From contig CDMY01000562.1 in NCBI GenBank assembly GCA_001179505.1, positions 1 to 64,000 on the forward strand: 64,000 nt of DNA. Reading direction: 5' to 3'. Shown piece after piece: positions 1 to 12,866 of the stretch. How positions within the stretch are numbered: position 1 is the stretch's first letter; every line of letters starts with the position of its first letter. The notes beneath the pieces are model-generated. The model saw only the letters and a list, made by a program, of their open reading frames with translations, was not told where the DNA came from and made no database searches. The DNA is from Vitrella brassicaformis CCMP3155 (taxonomy: Eukaryota; Protista; Chromerida). Made by a program: the position numbers and the translations under genes.

Positions 1-409
1 GGCAGTCACATCGTCGGCTGCATGTGGACAGCGCAGACGTCCCTTTCTCGTTGCATGCGCAACAGGGGGGCCCGCCGCCGTCTCGCGGGATGAGGGTAGG
101 TGGAGGGGGTTGGGTGTAGTCCGATACACGCTCGCTCATCCGAAAAGGAGGAGAAACAGCCGAGAAATCACCAACTCAATCATGGGGGGTAAGATGTGAT
201 ACATACATGGATGGATGGATGCATGTGTATGCCAGTGGGTATGTTCGTGTGTTGTGGTGTGCGGACTGACCGTTTACATGAAAGCGGCTTTGTGACCCAA
301 GAGCTTGCGAGAGGCAGGCGAGGGAACTGGGGTGCATTTCGGCATGCACCAGATCCACTATGACGGCCGCTGCAAGTGTTCATCTTTCTCTTGACGCCTC
401 GATGACGAG

Positions 410-1849
410 ATGAGCTTATCATCTTCCTGGTGCATCGTTCTGGTGGTGGTTCAGGGCATTATCGCCGGCAGCACCTTCATCTTCACAGACACCCTCAAGG
501 ATGCCATTGATCCGCTATCGCTTGTGGCTTTCCGACTCGCCATCGGCAGCGCGGTGCTGACGTCGGTCTTCCTACTATGGCAGCCGCAGGGGCGAGGCGA
601 GCGGCAGGAGTCGCTCGCGTCCTCCACCCATCTCATGAGCGTCGTCGCGCTGTCGATAATGAACCAGATCGTCCCGTACAGCTGCTACCCCATGGCGATG
701 AAGCAGGGCATCTCGGTGACCACAGCGGCCATCCTGTCTGGTGCCGGTCCTCTCTATGCATCGTTGCTCAAGCTGCTCGCTGGGTGGCGCTGGCTGACTT
801 GTGGGCATCATCATCATCGGGGCGGCACGTCCACTGTCCGGGCTATACAGATGAGGGAGGCCGCACCGGCTGATGGCGCATTATCTCCAGCACCTTATGA
901 CGGTGGTGGTGAGGAGGAGGACCATGAGGCGCGCTCAGCCACACGCACCCTGACAGCGGGGCGCGGCCCACTGAGGTGGCAGAGTGGTCTCATAGACGAC
1001 AAGAGGGACGTCTTCGGGCTCGTCATCGGCTTCATCGGCGTCACATTAGTGGTGGCCTTGACCACGCACGGCTTACCGCATCAGCACGGCAAAGGGCAAG
1101 GGGCGGCGGCGGCGGAAGCGTCGGCCACGAGCGTTGTCTTGGGTCTGGTGCTGCTGGCCGCTGCGCTGTTGAGCAAGGCCTCGGCAGCCGTCTTCGCCGA
1201 GGCAAAGGTGACGCCGCACTTCCACTTCCTCACTCTGGCGTGGCTTCAGACAACCATAGGGTCTGCCATTGCGTGGACGCTGGCCCTTGCGGTCGAGTCG
1301 CCCCTGGAGACCCTCATGCAGCTGCTGAGCTTCGGTGGTGATGATAGTAGTGAGGGTGACGACCGTCACTTTGACACGTTGGCCCCGCCAGCTATGCCCT
1401 GTGGCACACCCACCAACAGCAGCAGCAGCAGCAGCAACACAGCGCTATGCCGTGTGGACCTGGATCATCAAGACGCTGAGGACTATCTGGGTGTGTGGGT
1501 GTCGCTGCTGTACTTGGGTGTGGCCGCCTCCTCTCTGGTGTACCTCTGCCAGTTCCTGCTCATCGGCCAGGTGGGGGCCGTCAAATCCATGGTGGTCGAC
1601 TACATCACTCCCGTCGTGGGGGCGGTCGAGGGCGGGGTGCTGGCCGGCCGGTCTGCACAGTGGGGCGGCGTGTATGTCACAGTGGGGCAGGTGGCGGGCC
1701 TGGTGCTCATATTGCTGGGGGTGGCACTCATGAGGTGGACGGCGCCATGTCGGCAGCCAGAGCAGAGTGGCAATCGTGATGAACACCGCGGTGGTACTAA
1801 TGGGGTGGGGGAGGAGAGCCTGCAGCCGTTGAGGCAACAGGCCGGATGA
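410..1849 (+). CDS. EamA/DMT-superfamily membrane transporter (intronless, 479 aa)
   Basis: Single ORF with about 10 hydrophobic segments in two repeats: 'IDPLSLVAFRLAIG', 'AAILSGAGPLYASLL', 'GLVIGFIGVTLVV', 'IGQVGAVKSMVVDYITPVVGAVEG', 'QVAGLVLILLGVAL'. This is the typical EamA pattern, with low-complexity loop insertions. Confidence 0.78.
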   Translation: MSLSSSWCIVLVVVQGIIAGSTFIFTDTLKDAIDPLSLVAFRLAIGSAVLTSVFLLWQPQGRGERQESLASSTHLMSVVALSIMNQIVPYSCYPMAMKQGISVTTAAILSGAGPLYASLLKLLAGWRWLTCGHHHHRGGTSTVRAIQMREAAPADGALSPAPYDGGGEEEDHEARSATRTLTAGRGPLRWQSGLIDDKRDVFGLVIGFIGVTLVVALTTHGLPHQHGKGQGAAAAEASATSVVLGLVLLAAALLSKASAAVFAEAKVTPHFHFLTLAWLQTTIGSAIAWTLALAVESPLETLMQLLSFGGDDSSEGDDRHFDTLAPPAMPCGTPTNSSSSSSNTALCRVDLDHQDAEDYLGVWVSLLYLGVAASSLVYLCQFLLIGQVGAVKSMVVDYITPVVGAVEGGVLAGRSAQWGGVYVTVGQVAGLVLILLGVALMRWTAPCRQPEQSGNRDEHRGGTNGVGEESLQPLRQQAG

Positions 1850-2278
1850 GGCTCACGGAGAGGGAGGAAGGGAAGTCAGTCAGACGGACAGTGTGTGTGT
1901 GTGTGTGTGAGTAATCTTTTTTCCGCGTGTGTTTGCTCGGGTGCGCTGCTCTACGAAAATGGGCCCGTTATGTATATACTAAAGTGCATCCCTGCCAGTT
2001 CCGGCTCAGGAGTGGCACAATCACCTCGCGAATACATCATGGTGCAACGATTCATTCATCAATACGAAAACGCCACGAAGCGTGGCATATTCGTCAGGTT
2101 ATGTGACTGTTCGCCGTTTCGCGATAAAGATCCATCCCGTTCGTCCATCCACCATGCATGCATGCAGCCATGGCGCAATGAATTGAGGCGAGGCAACAGG
2201 CCTCCCTCGCAAAGGTAGGGGACCACGCAGGGGTGTCACTCCTTCTGGTCCAAAGCACTCGACCACTCAATCAATCAC

Positions 2279-5200
2279 TCACTGCAAGGCCTGCCTGCAC
2301 ATCTCTGCAATGCGCTGGTTCATCCTGCACACACACACATCCACACATGCGACCGTGTCGCTTGTGTGCGGCGCGGTGCGCTGCGCTGCCAGGCTCACTC
2401 ACTTGATGTCGTCCCCCCTGACTATAAGGTCGATCTGACCACCGGCGGCCACCTTGCCGTGTAGGAAGACCGGCGCGTTGGCGAGCGAAGGCAGCTGGCC
2501 CGCTCCGATGCCCTCACTGCCGATGATCTCGACCACACAAATATTCAATGCGTGCTGCATAGCATGGGACGGACAGGCAGAATGAACCAGTGGGTGGGTG
2601 GGTGGGTGGGTGCTGGTCTGATCAGTGGCCGACGTACCTTGAGTTTATCCATGAGGTCGGCACAGCTGGAAACGCCCCTGGCGCCGCCCACCGACACCCG
2701 CTGCTCGTGCTTTAAAGTGCCCCAATGACCCCCCACCTACACCACATGAGTGAGACACACAACACACAGAAACACATAGAAGGATTGACACCATTGATCT
2801 ACCTCTCCCCTCCCCTCTGGCAACCACACCACCGTCCTACCTGTTGAGTGGTCCAGTGCAGCGGCACAAGCGGTGACGAGGCAGCGGCACTTACACCAAC
2901 ACCAGCACTCAACGTCGGCGCCACCGGCACATCGAGCGAGAGGATGTCCATCTGGTCTGCCTGTTGGCTGCCGCTGACTGCAGCGTCAGGCTGACCCTCC
3001 TTGCCGCCCGTGACACTGGTCGTGGAAGCAGAAGTCGGGCCGACAAACCCGTCCGAGAGGTCCAGCAGGTCCACATCCAGATCGGCACCCCCACCACCAC
3101 TGGCTGCCGACGTCGGCTGCGCGGCTGGCGGCTCAGCCACAACTACCCTCTGGCCGTGCAGAGCCCCCCGACCAACACCTGGCACCTGGTGTGCCGGCTG
3201 TGTGTGGGGGACAGTGGATGGGGGCGGAGGGGGGCTGGTGGCGGTGGGTGCTGCCCCAGCCCCTAGGCCGAGGCCGCTGAAGAGCGCCGCAGCGGTCTTC
3301 TCCTTTTCTGTGAGCTCCCTCGCTGCCGCGGCTTTCGGCTGGGCCGCCTCTTGCGCACCGAGTGCTGGCCCGCCGAATGGTCGTGTGGGCGACACGACGG
3401 CTGCCACAGTCGGAGGCTTGGCCTTGCTGTCCTGCTGTGCTGCCTGCGGCTGCGCTTGCCTGGCGTCGGCACCAATATACCCCTGAGGGCCCCACCTTCG
3501 CGGACCTGACACACAGACAGACAGACAGACAGATACTACGTCAAGACCATTCGGCTCCCTCGTTCACTCACCTGACACCTGCAGGCCCGTGGCTTTTGCT
3601 GCGGCGCCGCCCTGGTCAGTAGCACCACCAGACGGCCCGAAGCGGCCGTTGGCAGGTTTGTCAAGTGTGGTGGCGAGTGGCGGCGACCCACCAGCTGCCC
3701 CGGCCGGCTGGCTGGCGTCGGCGGCGCCCGGCAGCTGAAAGGCACGCATGGGCTTCTGCGGCGCCTCGTAGGGCGTGAAATTCAGACCCAATGTCGCGTG
3801 GGTGGCCTGGTATGGTGGGGGGAGGAGGGAGAGAGGGAGAGGATGATGGATGGTGGCTGGGTTGTGTGTGTGGTGATTTATGTCGCCATTCTTTTATTAT
3901 ATGGCTGGTGGGTTTACGGACGTACGTGCTGTGGTGAGTGCAGGGCTTGGGGGACGGTCTTCTTGCGTTCGCTTGGGGGCACGTACGACTTAGCGCCCTC
4001 ACCTACGGCCTTCTGAACGAAATCCTGTTTAGCGAAAACAAGACACAGACACAAACAGACAGACACCAAAGGTAGGTCGAATATGTGTGCGGTGTGGCGC
4101 GGGTCGGTGGCTGGGTGACTGACTGACGTCAAGGAATGAGAGGTCCTCATCGACTTGCACGTCCTCACAGGAGGCGTCATAGGGCAGCACGTCCCTGAAC
4201 ACATAAATACCACACACGCACACAGACACACACACACACACACGCGCGCATAGGCATAGATAGGTGGATGCACCCACCTATCTGCCCAACGTGTGGTGTG
4301 TACCTCATGAGTTGTGGGTTGGCGAGCAGCCTTTCGAGCTCGTAGCACCTCTGCTGGATGTCGGTGGACTGGGAGCTGCGGTACCGCTGCAGCACCTCCT
4401 TCACCCCTGCTGAGTGCCACAGGGCGTTCTGCACACACACAAGAGAGAGAGGAGAAGAGACAGACGGTCGTGGGAGGTGTGCACATTCACTCGGCCATCC
4501 ATCCATCCATTCATCCACTGTCTGTGATTGTGTGTGGTGTGACCTGTCCGACAAGCTTGGTGATGGCGGCAAGAATCCAGCCGCGAGTGGCGGAGTCCTC
4601 AAAGGTCCTGAAAAACACACACACACACACAAGATACAGAGAGGTGAACGGTCAGTCATCCGACCCATCCATCCATCCATCCATCTGTGTATTCCTTGTT
4701 TCCACACCACACCACACACCTGTCGATGGCGTCGCAGAGCAGGTCGAGTATATCCTCGAGGGTGTAGCCCTCGACCGTCGCCAACACACCGTACTCACCC
4801 AACACCCAACCAATCACCTGCAGGCCAGGCCTCACACAACCCACGGACACAAGATACATACATTTAGATAGACAGACGTGTCAACTGGCGTCTGTTTGAG
4901 TGGGTGCTTGGGGTGCTGTGCCTTGCTGTGCCTTGCTGTGCCTTGCTGTGCCTTGCTGACCTGCATGAGGATGTCGGGAGGGTTGGTCGCCTTCTCCAGG
5001 ATCTTCAAATACGTGTTGACCGCATAACGCCTGAGGGACACATCCATCCATACATACACTCCTCCATTATATATGACAATAATGTCCACTCCCTCCCATA
5101 TGCCTGGCCGTCTGTCTGTGGCCTGGCCAGGGTGGCTGTGCTGACCTGAATGCTTCGTCCTGCTCTTCGTCGCCGATGGGCCCCTCCGCAATGAGGCGCA

Positions 5201-7732
5201 TGAGGTTGTACGCCGTGTCGTCGGCGATGAGGTTGCCACCCAGCTCAAACAGAGTCGTCAGCGTGTCCAGGTACCACTGGTTGCTCGGCGCATACCTACA
5301 CACACCCATCCATCTTGACACGTATGTGTGTGTGTTGACACGTATGTGGGTTAGTGTCTGCGTGTCTGGAAGCGCGGCGCACTTTTCGGCGAGTTGGGTG
5401 ATCTTGGAGACCAGGTCACGCCTCAGATGCTGATCCGATGACGCCCTGGCACACACACACACACGCACGCACAGAGAGAGAGATATCATACATACCACAT
5501 CGGCTCGTATCAGGCCATTCATATAGCTATGGCTAGCTAATTCAAGTGCCTCGCCCGCCTAGTTACTTGAGGTGGAAGAGCAGTTTCTCGACGACGACGG
5601 TGACGTTTTGTGGGTTGGTCATCTTGAAGAGCAGGTCGAGCGTCTTGCGCTTGAGGGTCTCGTCGGGGTCCTCCAGACAGTCCACCACCACCAGCTGGTG
5701 CTGGGCCGCATACATCGGGTTCACCTGATGGATGGAGCAATGAAGGTAGATAGGCACACACAGACACGCGTGAATGCGTCGCTCTCGACGTGTCCTCGTG
5801 GGTGTGGGGGACGGTGAGGGGGAGGGGGAGGGAGGGTGGGTGAAGGTACCTGCACGATGGCTGCGAGGCCCGTCACGCCCACATATTTGAGGTTATGGTT
5901 GTCAGCCGATATAAACCTGACATTTAAACCACACACACCACACGCCACACACGAGACGAGCTACATCCATCCATCGGTGAACATGCACACACAGACGGGC
6001 CCACCTTGAGATGGACGAGGCAGCGATCTCCAGGAGGTTGTGCGAAGGGTATATCGATGTGATGGTCTTGACGCACTCGAAGATGATGGCGTAGCCCACG
6101 TTCACACCGCTGTCCGCCCGACGCATCACCTCCTGCAGCAGCTCGTACATCTGCTCAGACGCCTTCTGATCCGCATGACCCAACGTCGCCAACATCGACA
6201 GCAGCTTCACCTGCACACACACGCCAACACACACGCACACGTGGACGGACTCATCCGATGGAGGGGTGGTTTGGTGGTTTGGTGTGTTGCCTGCAGCCAT
6301 GGTGCGGGCATCCTGTGGTAGTCGAAGTCCCTCGGCAGCCGGTGCTCAGTGACCTGCTTCAAGATGCTCACCAAGCTCGGCACCAAGTCCTGATGTGTAC
6401 ACACACACGGCACGGCCATACATACACAATTCTTCCGTCTGTCTGTGTGTGCGTGCGTGAGGCCGTGCAGTGTGTGTTATGTATGGTTGTCATCGATCAT
6501 GACACCTGTCTTTCTCACCTTGCATGAGCCGGGGTTGGTCTTGGCCAGGTCGTGGATGAGGTGCAGCGACGAACCCATCACCGAAGGGTCAGGGTCACAC
6601 AGCGCCCGCCTGCACACACACGAACGAAAATGTCAGTCACGCGAACGCCCCGCCCCGAAACATCACCGCCGCCCGGCCCGAGCAGTCTGTCTGACCTGAT
6701 GTGGTCCCTTGCCTCCTGGATGACATCTGGCTGCAGCTTGTACAGCTTGTGCAGGGCCATGCAGGCCTTCTTCCGTACGGCCTCGTTAGTGTGGCTCATG
6801 AGTTTGAGTATCTGGGGGAAGATGGCGGGGATCATCTCGTGGTTGACCAGCCGGCTGATGCACGTCAGGGCAGAACACACCTCCAGGTGGTTGGCGCTGC
6901 TCAGATCCTGCACACGTGCACACGTGAACACTGCCTCTGTTCTGTGTGCTTCATGTGTGTGTCATGTGTGTGTGTGTGCTGGGGTGCGTTGCTGACCCTT
7001 TGAATGGTGTTGATGAGCAGGAGCATCAACTCGTGGTCCCGATGGAGGCACAGATTGCAGGCGAGATAGCCTGCAACACATCACATCACATCACATCACA
7101 TCACATCACAACACGTCAGTCAGTGTTAGGCCGCGGGCATCTCTTAATTGTCTTCTCTCCTCTGATCTGTTCTGTTGGCTTGTATACCCATTTTCTTGCA
7201 GATGAGGTTCCGGTCGTTGGTGAGGTTGATGGCCTTGATGTAGGCGAAGGAGGCGTCGTGGCCCAGCATCTCCACGTATAAAGCACGAACCAAATACTCC
7301 TTCATCTTCTTCTGAACACACACACACATGCCCATTCAGACATACGTGTGCATACGGACAGACAGACATGGCCCTCTGTTCGTCTGTCTGTCTGTGAGTG
7401 ACGACGTACGGGCGCCACTTGTGGCTCATTGAGCCTTGACTTGAGGATGGCCATCTCACTCACAATGATCTTGTCCTCCTCCTGCATACAATCAAACAGA
7501 CAAGCAGACAAGCAGACAGACACGCAAACAGTGATTCAATTAGACAGCATCTGTCTGTCTAATTGTGACTGTGACTGTGACTGTGATTGTGGCTGTGGCT
7601 GTGGCTGTGCATCCTATCTCATCTGCGCATCGTATTCTGCTGTGATGTGTCGTCAGGCACCTGCTTTGACCTCGACTCGCCGATGGACTTGACGAGCTCG
7701 AAGAACTCCTTGGATAAATGGCCGCCTGACAT
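2279..7732 (-). CDS. AP4E1: AP-4 adaptor complex subunit epsilon (multi-exon)
   Basis: Spliced exons give [24 protein letters not shown]|[14 protein letters not shown]..., [110 protein letters not shown] and [11 protein letters not shown], then a low-complexity hinge and a C-terminal appendage ending ...MCRQALQ* at 2279-2281. Confidence 0.93.
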
Positions 7733-7897
7733 GGCCGCAGCTATCTTCGAAAGGCAGGCAACAGAAGTCGACCGCCTCACACCATATCGCCGTAACAGCC
7801 CAGTTCCGCTCTGTGTGCAAAGATCTCCGAGCTCGCATGCTCCTCCTGGTTTGCACCAAGCCTTTTCTGACCCCATGGGTGACGAGAAACGACCAAC

Positions 7898-10802
7898 ATG
7901 AGCCGCAAGATTCCCAATAGCGCCATTCCGCGTCGGCGCGACGATGACCGCACCATTACGATTCGCATCACCCATCTCACCACTCTGCAGTCCCACGAGC
8001 GGCGAGTCAGCATCAGGCGAGACGCCTCGGCCACGCTGAGATGCCTTCTGGGCAGCAGTTTCGGGCCGAGCGGTCTAACCCAGGGCTCGAGAGGCCAGCT
8101 GTGGGGCATATGGCGCGCCCGCGATGGGAGGATGGTGACCGACGCGAAAGTGGTCGACTCGCTGTTGCCCGAGGACCACCTGTACATAAGCTCATCGTAT
8201 GACGGCAACTCGAAGGAGCATGCGAGGCTGGTGCTGTGGGCGGTGCATGAGGGGCAGCAGGAGGTCATCCGCGCCTTCTTCGAGACCACCCAGGCCACCC
8301 TAACCCCCGCCCAGGTAGAGGCCTTCATGCAGCCACTGGTCGGCGGCCGGCTGTCGCTGGTCTCCATGTGTCTGCGGCACATCCAGCGGCGGTTTGTGGC
8401 CATGGTCCCGCGGCTTGGCGAGATGGCCAACTCGGTCGACTGCCAGGTGGTGTGTGACGCCGCCAAGCTGAGCTTCGAGGTGGAGCCGCCACTCACTGCG
8501 TTAGTCTACTGGTTCAGCACTGTCAGACACAGTAAGGAAGGGGAAGGGACAGACAGAGAGGGAGAGGCTGAGAGAACGTACTGGTTGGTCTTTTAGCCGT
8601 GAATGGATCTCTGTCTCTGTCTATGTCTTTCTCTGTGCGTGTGTGTGCGTGTCAGAGTCGCCGCTGCTTAGCATGATGGCCCACCGTGTGCGTGACGTAG
8701 CGCGTCTGCGGCTGTATGCGGGCAGCTTCACCGAGGCGGCCGTCTCGGCGCTGCTCGAGAGCCCCGTCACTAACCGCATCGACGCCCTGCAGCCCATGAC
8801 CCGACTCCTCTTCAACTGGGCGTCCAAGGGTCAGACACACCACACATACGCACACACCACAAACAGGATGGTCAAATGCCACTCACTGTCTGTCTGCCTG
8901 GATGACCCCCAGGCACCGTTGCCGATCGCAAGTCGCGACTCGAGTTGGCGGCGAGCGCGTTGGATCGGTTCGTGTCGCTGTCCAAGAAGCGCATCAACCG
9001 CACCGAGATCAAGCGCACCCTCTCCAAGATCCGCGCCAGCCTGCTGCGGGGCGACCCCTCACCCTCACCCTCACCGCCACCCCCAACCAAACCGACACCC
9101 ATCAGCCGCTGGGTCAAGGTGGCGCCACCAGAGACACTGCCTGTAGACACCTCTCCATCCCGCCCTGCTGGCCTTCCGTCGGTGTGTGAAGCGATCGAGC
9201 CCCCACTGCCCGTCCTCGACGCCCGTGAGCGGAAGCGACCCCTCGTGGCGGCGCCCACACGTGCATCTGCTGACGCACCGATCGAGGGCACACCGCCCGG
9301 CCCCTTTGGTCGGGACGGCCGTGGGGGTGCGCGTCTGCGGCCGTCCAGCCAGAGTGCGCCGCCCAGCCCCCTCACCCACAAGAACGCATCCGCCGTGTCG
9401 ACGCCACTGCTGTCCAACCACAAGCAGCACGCCTCCACGCAGACACAGCCAAAGGCCACCACCACCGGCAGGACCACCGCCACCGCCACCACCACCACGG
9501 GCAGCAGCGCGACCAAGCCGCTTGTCCCGGCGAGAAAGATGACCGTGTTGCGGCCTCAGCAGGGCACGGCGCCCTCCACACCGGCACGGCTCAAGGGGCT
9601 GCGGCATCCCATCACAGCGGATCACCCCATCGCTGCGTTCTCATCCACACGGGAGGATGGGCAGGCAAGGGGCGGTGTCGCCAGGGGTGGTGTTGGGAAA
9701 GGTGGTAGTGGCAGTGGTCGTGTTGGTGTTGGCGTGTCTCGTGGGGTCGGCAAGGCGTGGCGCAGTAGGGGTCGAAGGGCCCGTTTGGCGGCGGGCAGGT
9801 GCCCCGGGGGGCCGATGTTCTGCCCATCGAATTTGCTGAGTGAGGGCATCCGGCAGAGGCAGACCAATCGCTACGCCTACCAGCCACTGGTGAGTCACGT
9901 GGATGGACGGACGGATGGGCGGGGGCATCTCTGTTTCCTCATCATGGTGTCATGTATGCTGTGGTGCAGGTGCCGCTGTTGAGGTACTTCTCGGCTAAGG
10001 AGCTGCTGTGCTGGCTGCACAAGAGGTGGGAGCTCGTCAAACTCGCGGGCCCAGACAGCACCAAGGTGAATAAGGAGGCCGGCGGCATCGATTCACTCTC
10101 GCGCGACAAAGCTCCTTTGTTTTCTGTGTATGTGTTGTGCTGGTATGGATGGATGGATGTCAGCGTGTGTTGGTGTTCGCCACGGAGGATCGCTGGCGTG
10201 AGGTGATAGCCGCCGGGCCCAAGTTCGCCCGACCTGAGCAGCAGGTGAGACGAGCCGAGACGAGACGAGATGTGATGACCGCTTGTGCATCATGCTGCTG
10301 TGTGTCTGTGGATGGATGGATGGATGTATGGATCAATCAGCCACGCGGGCGGAAGATCTTTTACGGCCGCATGCGTGACGTCGAGTGCGTGGCCCTCTTC
10401 GTCGCACACTGGCTCATCAGACTTCCGCGAGCCGACGTAAGACAATATCACACCACTTCCACCCACTCTCCAGCCGACCCTGTCTCTCTTGTCTTCTCTC
10501 AGCGTCCCCACTGCCACAAGGGCCTGGAGAACGCCATCCGTGATTTCCTCAGCAAGTGCCGCACCAACCGGGTGTTCCGCCACCTGACCGCCCCCCTCTC
10601 CCTCCCGGACACGCAGCAGCGGCGCCTGATGGAGCTGCGCCAGATGAGCTGCAACCGGAGGCTGCGTCACGACCTGCCGCCTCTTGTGGAGGCGCATGTC
10701 AACGACTACGGCCACCATGGCTGCAAGTGTCTCGAGGAGGGGGCGGCGGCGGGGGCGGGGCGGGGAAGCCACGGTAGTGGAATGGTAATTGGGGGATTGT
10801 GA
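7898..10802 (+). CDS. Hypothetical multi-exon protein; possible N-terminal beta-grasp (KHA/DCX-like) domain and a Pro/Thr-rich linker
   Basis: Long coding exons at about 7898-8520, 8655-8830, 8912-9890, 9970-10066, 10180-10244, 10340-10436 and 10503-10802, separated by GT-AG microsatellite introns. No confident family match. Confidence 0.6.
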
Positions 10803-11224
10803 ATTGGACCGAGGTCGGGCGGGTTGGATGGCGCGTAGGCTGGCCCCCTCTTGTGTTAGCATGGGATGGATGGCTGGATGGATGGATGGAGCCAGTGAGC
10901 AGGTAGAATAGATCGGATTGGCGGGGGACAGGGGGAGGAGGTCGGTGAGGGTGACGGGGATGCGACGCATTGTCCGATCCACCCCCTGGCTTGATTCTCT
11001 CTCTCTCTCTCTGAGAGTGCGTGTATTGGTATTGCGTCTAGCTCTGTATGGATGGTGGGTGGAGTGTGGCGTGGCGTGAGCCCGCCCATCCACTCATCTC
11101 TCTGCCTCCGACCGTTTTAAGCAGCTCATTTGTCACACGGGTGACCGACCTGACACGACACACGTGTACCCGTTTTGTACAGACATGCAGAAGGGACGTA
11201 CAGCGCGCCTCGTCGGTTCGTCTA

Positions 11225-11261
<37 letters not shown>

Positions 11262-11503
11262 GCACTGTGTATATAAAGACACACACATTCCTATTCCTCC
11301 CTCTGTATACTTATTCACTCACTGACTATACTACGGTACGATCAGTGCTGTGTGTATGCGTGTGCATGTGTGAGTGCATGCGTGTGTGTGTGTGCGGGGT
11401 GACATTTTGGAGAGGGGCAGGGTGGAGAGGGAGGGGGGAGAGACCACGAATGGTGGAAACCACGAATAATATGGATTCATTCAGGCCTTCACGATGAAAC
11501 TCC

Positions 11504-11545
11504 AGGGTTAGGGTTTGAAACCCTTACCCCTAGGGTTACCGGTTT
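11504..11545. repeat. Interstitial telomere-like (TTAGGG/AGGGTTT) cluster with inverted repeat AGGGTTTGAAACCCT
   Basis: Sequence agggttagggtttgaaacccttacccctagggttaccggttt. It contains the reverse complement of the AGGGTTTCAAACCCT motif at 20953 and lies about 160 bp upstream of the 11703 ATG. Confidence 0.55.
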
Positions 11546-11702
11546 GAGAAGTGGAGAAGAGGCTTATTGAGAGGCACTGAGAGGCTGAGTCGAAAGCCAA
11601 ACTGAGAGAGGATGCATCGCATCGAATTGTCGTTTGCCACATCTGCGCATCCGCATCAAGTTGTCAGATTCCCTCCGTTAACAGCCGTCTGCCGTCATCC
11701 TC

Positions 11703-12866
11703 ATGAATCACTCCGCGAGATCCCTCCTCTTCCTTGTTGCAGTACAGGCCGCACACATCCAGTACGCAGATCTCTCGCTCTTTCTCTCTTTGTCTTGTGC
11801 GCTCATGCTGCCTGTGTTCTGTGTGCGTATGTCTCCATCACCAGGTCGTCCACTACCCCGCCGCCAGCTGTGTCAAGCAACACCGACACATCAGTGGACG
11901 ATTACGGTGTGTGGCGGACAGACGACGAGCAGTACACGCCTGTGAGGACGGCCCCGCATTACCACCATCTGGCCATTGAGGACCTCATGTGGGTGGACCT
12001 CTCCGCCGTCAGCACAATCGAGAGCATCGTCCTCAACTTCAAGAACGGCGATGAGGTACGCCGACGGATGGCTGGGTGGGCACAACAAGCATTGATGTTA
12101 CTTGCTCTCTCTCTCTCTCTCTGTGTGTGTGTGGATGGATGGAATGGTCAGTTCTACGGCCTGGTGACAGGCATCGTGCGGAAGGGCCGCAAGGGCGAGA
12201 GCCAGCAGGAGTCAACTGGCCCCGCCATGACCGTCTACTTCGGCGGCTTCATTCTCGAGCTCTACATCAGTGAGCACACACGATCACACACACACACTCA
12301 CACACATCCACAGTCCACACACCTCTTTCGTCTGGCTGTCTGTCTGTCTGTCTGTCTGGTCCTTCATTCATTCAGATGGTCTGGTCCTCTACGGAGCCAA
12401 CGGTGGTCAGGTGCTGCATCAGGCGCGCTTCACCACCTTCAAGGTGCCCGCCTCACCCAACCGCACCAACACCAACACGGACACCACCACGACCAGCAGC
12501 AGCAGCAGCCATAACCTGCGCCAAAGGGCCCTTCAGGGGGGAGCCTTTTTCGGCCCTGGCTCGGCATTCGACGGCGCGTTTGGCGGCCCCATATCAGCCG
12601 TCGACTCGGACCGCCGGCTCGACGACTGCCCCGCCGGTGGGTGCGGCACGGCGCGCATCGGGCGGGGGCTGAATCGCCGCCGCGCGCAGAACTGCCAGTG
12701 GCAGACGGGGGTTGAAGGTGGCTACGATCCGTGTAATAGTCCTGCGGTATCGACTGCCAACTTGTTCGACCCCACGAGGGATCAGATGCTGGGCATCGAT
12801 CCGGTCAGCTGCAACGACTTCATGACCTTTGGCTGCAACTTCGAGCAGAGGAATGGGTGGGCTTAA
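11703..12866 (+). CDS. Hypothetical secreted protein with a Gly/Cys-rich C-terminus (4 exons)
   Basis: MNHSARSLLFLVAVQAAHIQ (signal-like) splices in frame to SSTTPPPAV...IVLNFKNGDE | FYGLVTGIVRK...ELYI | NGLVLYGANGG...CNFEQRNGWA*. Canonical GT-AG introns. Confidence 0.65.
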
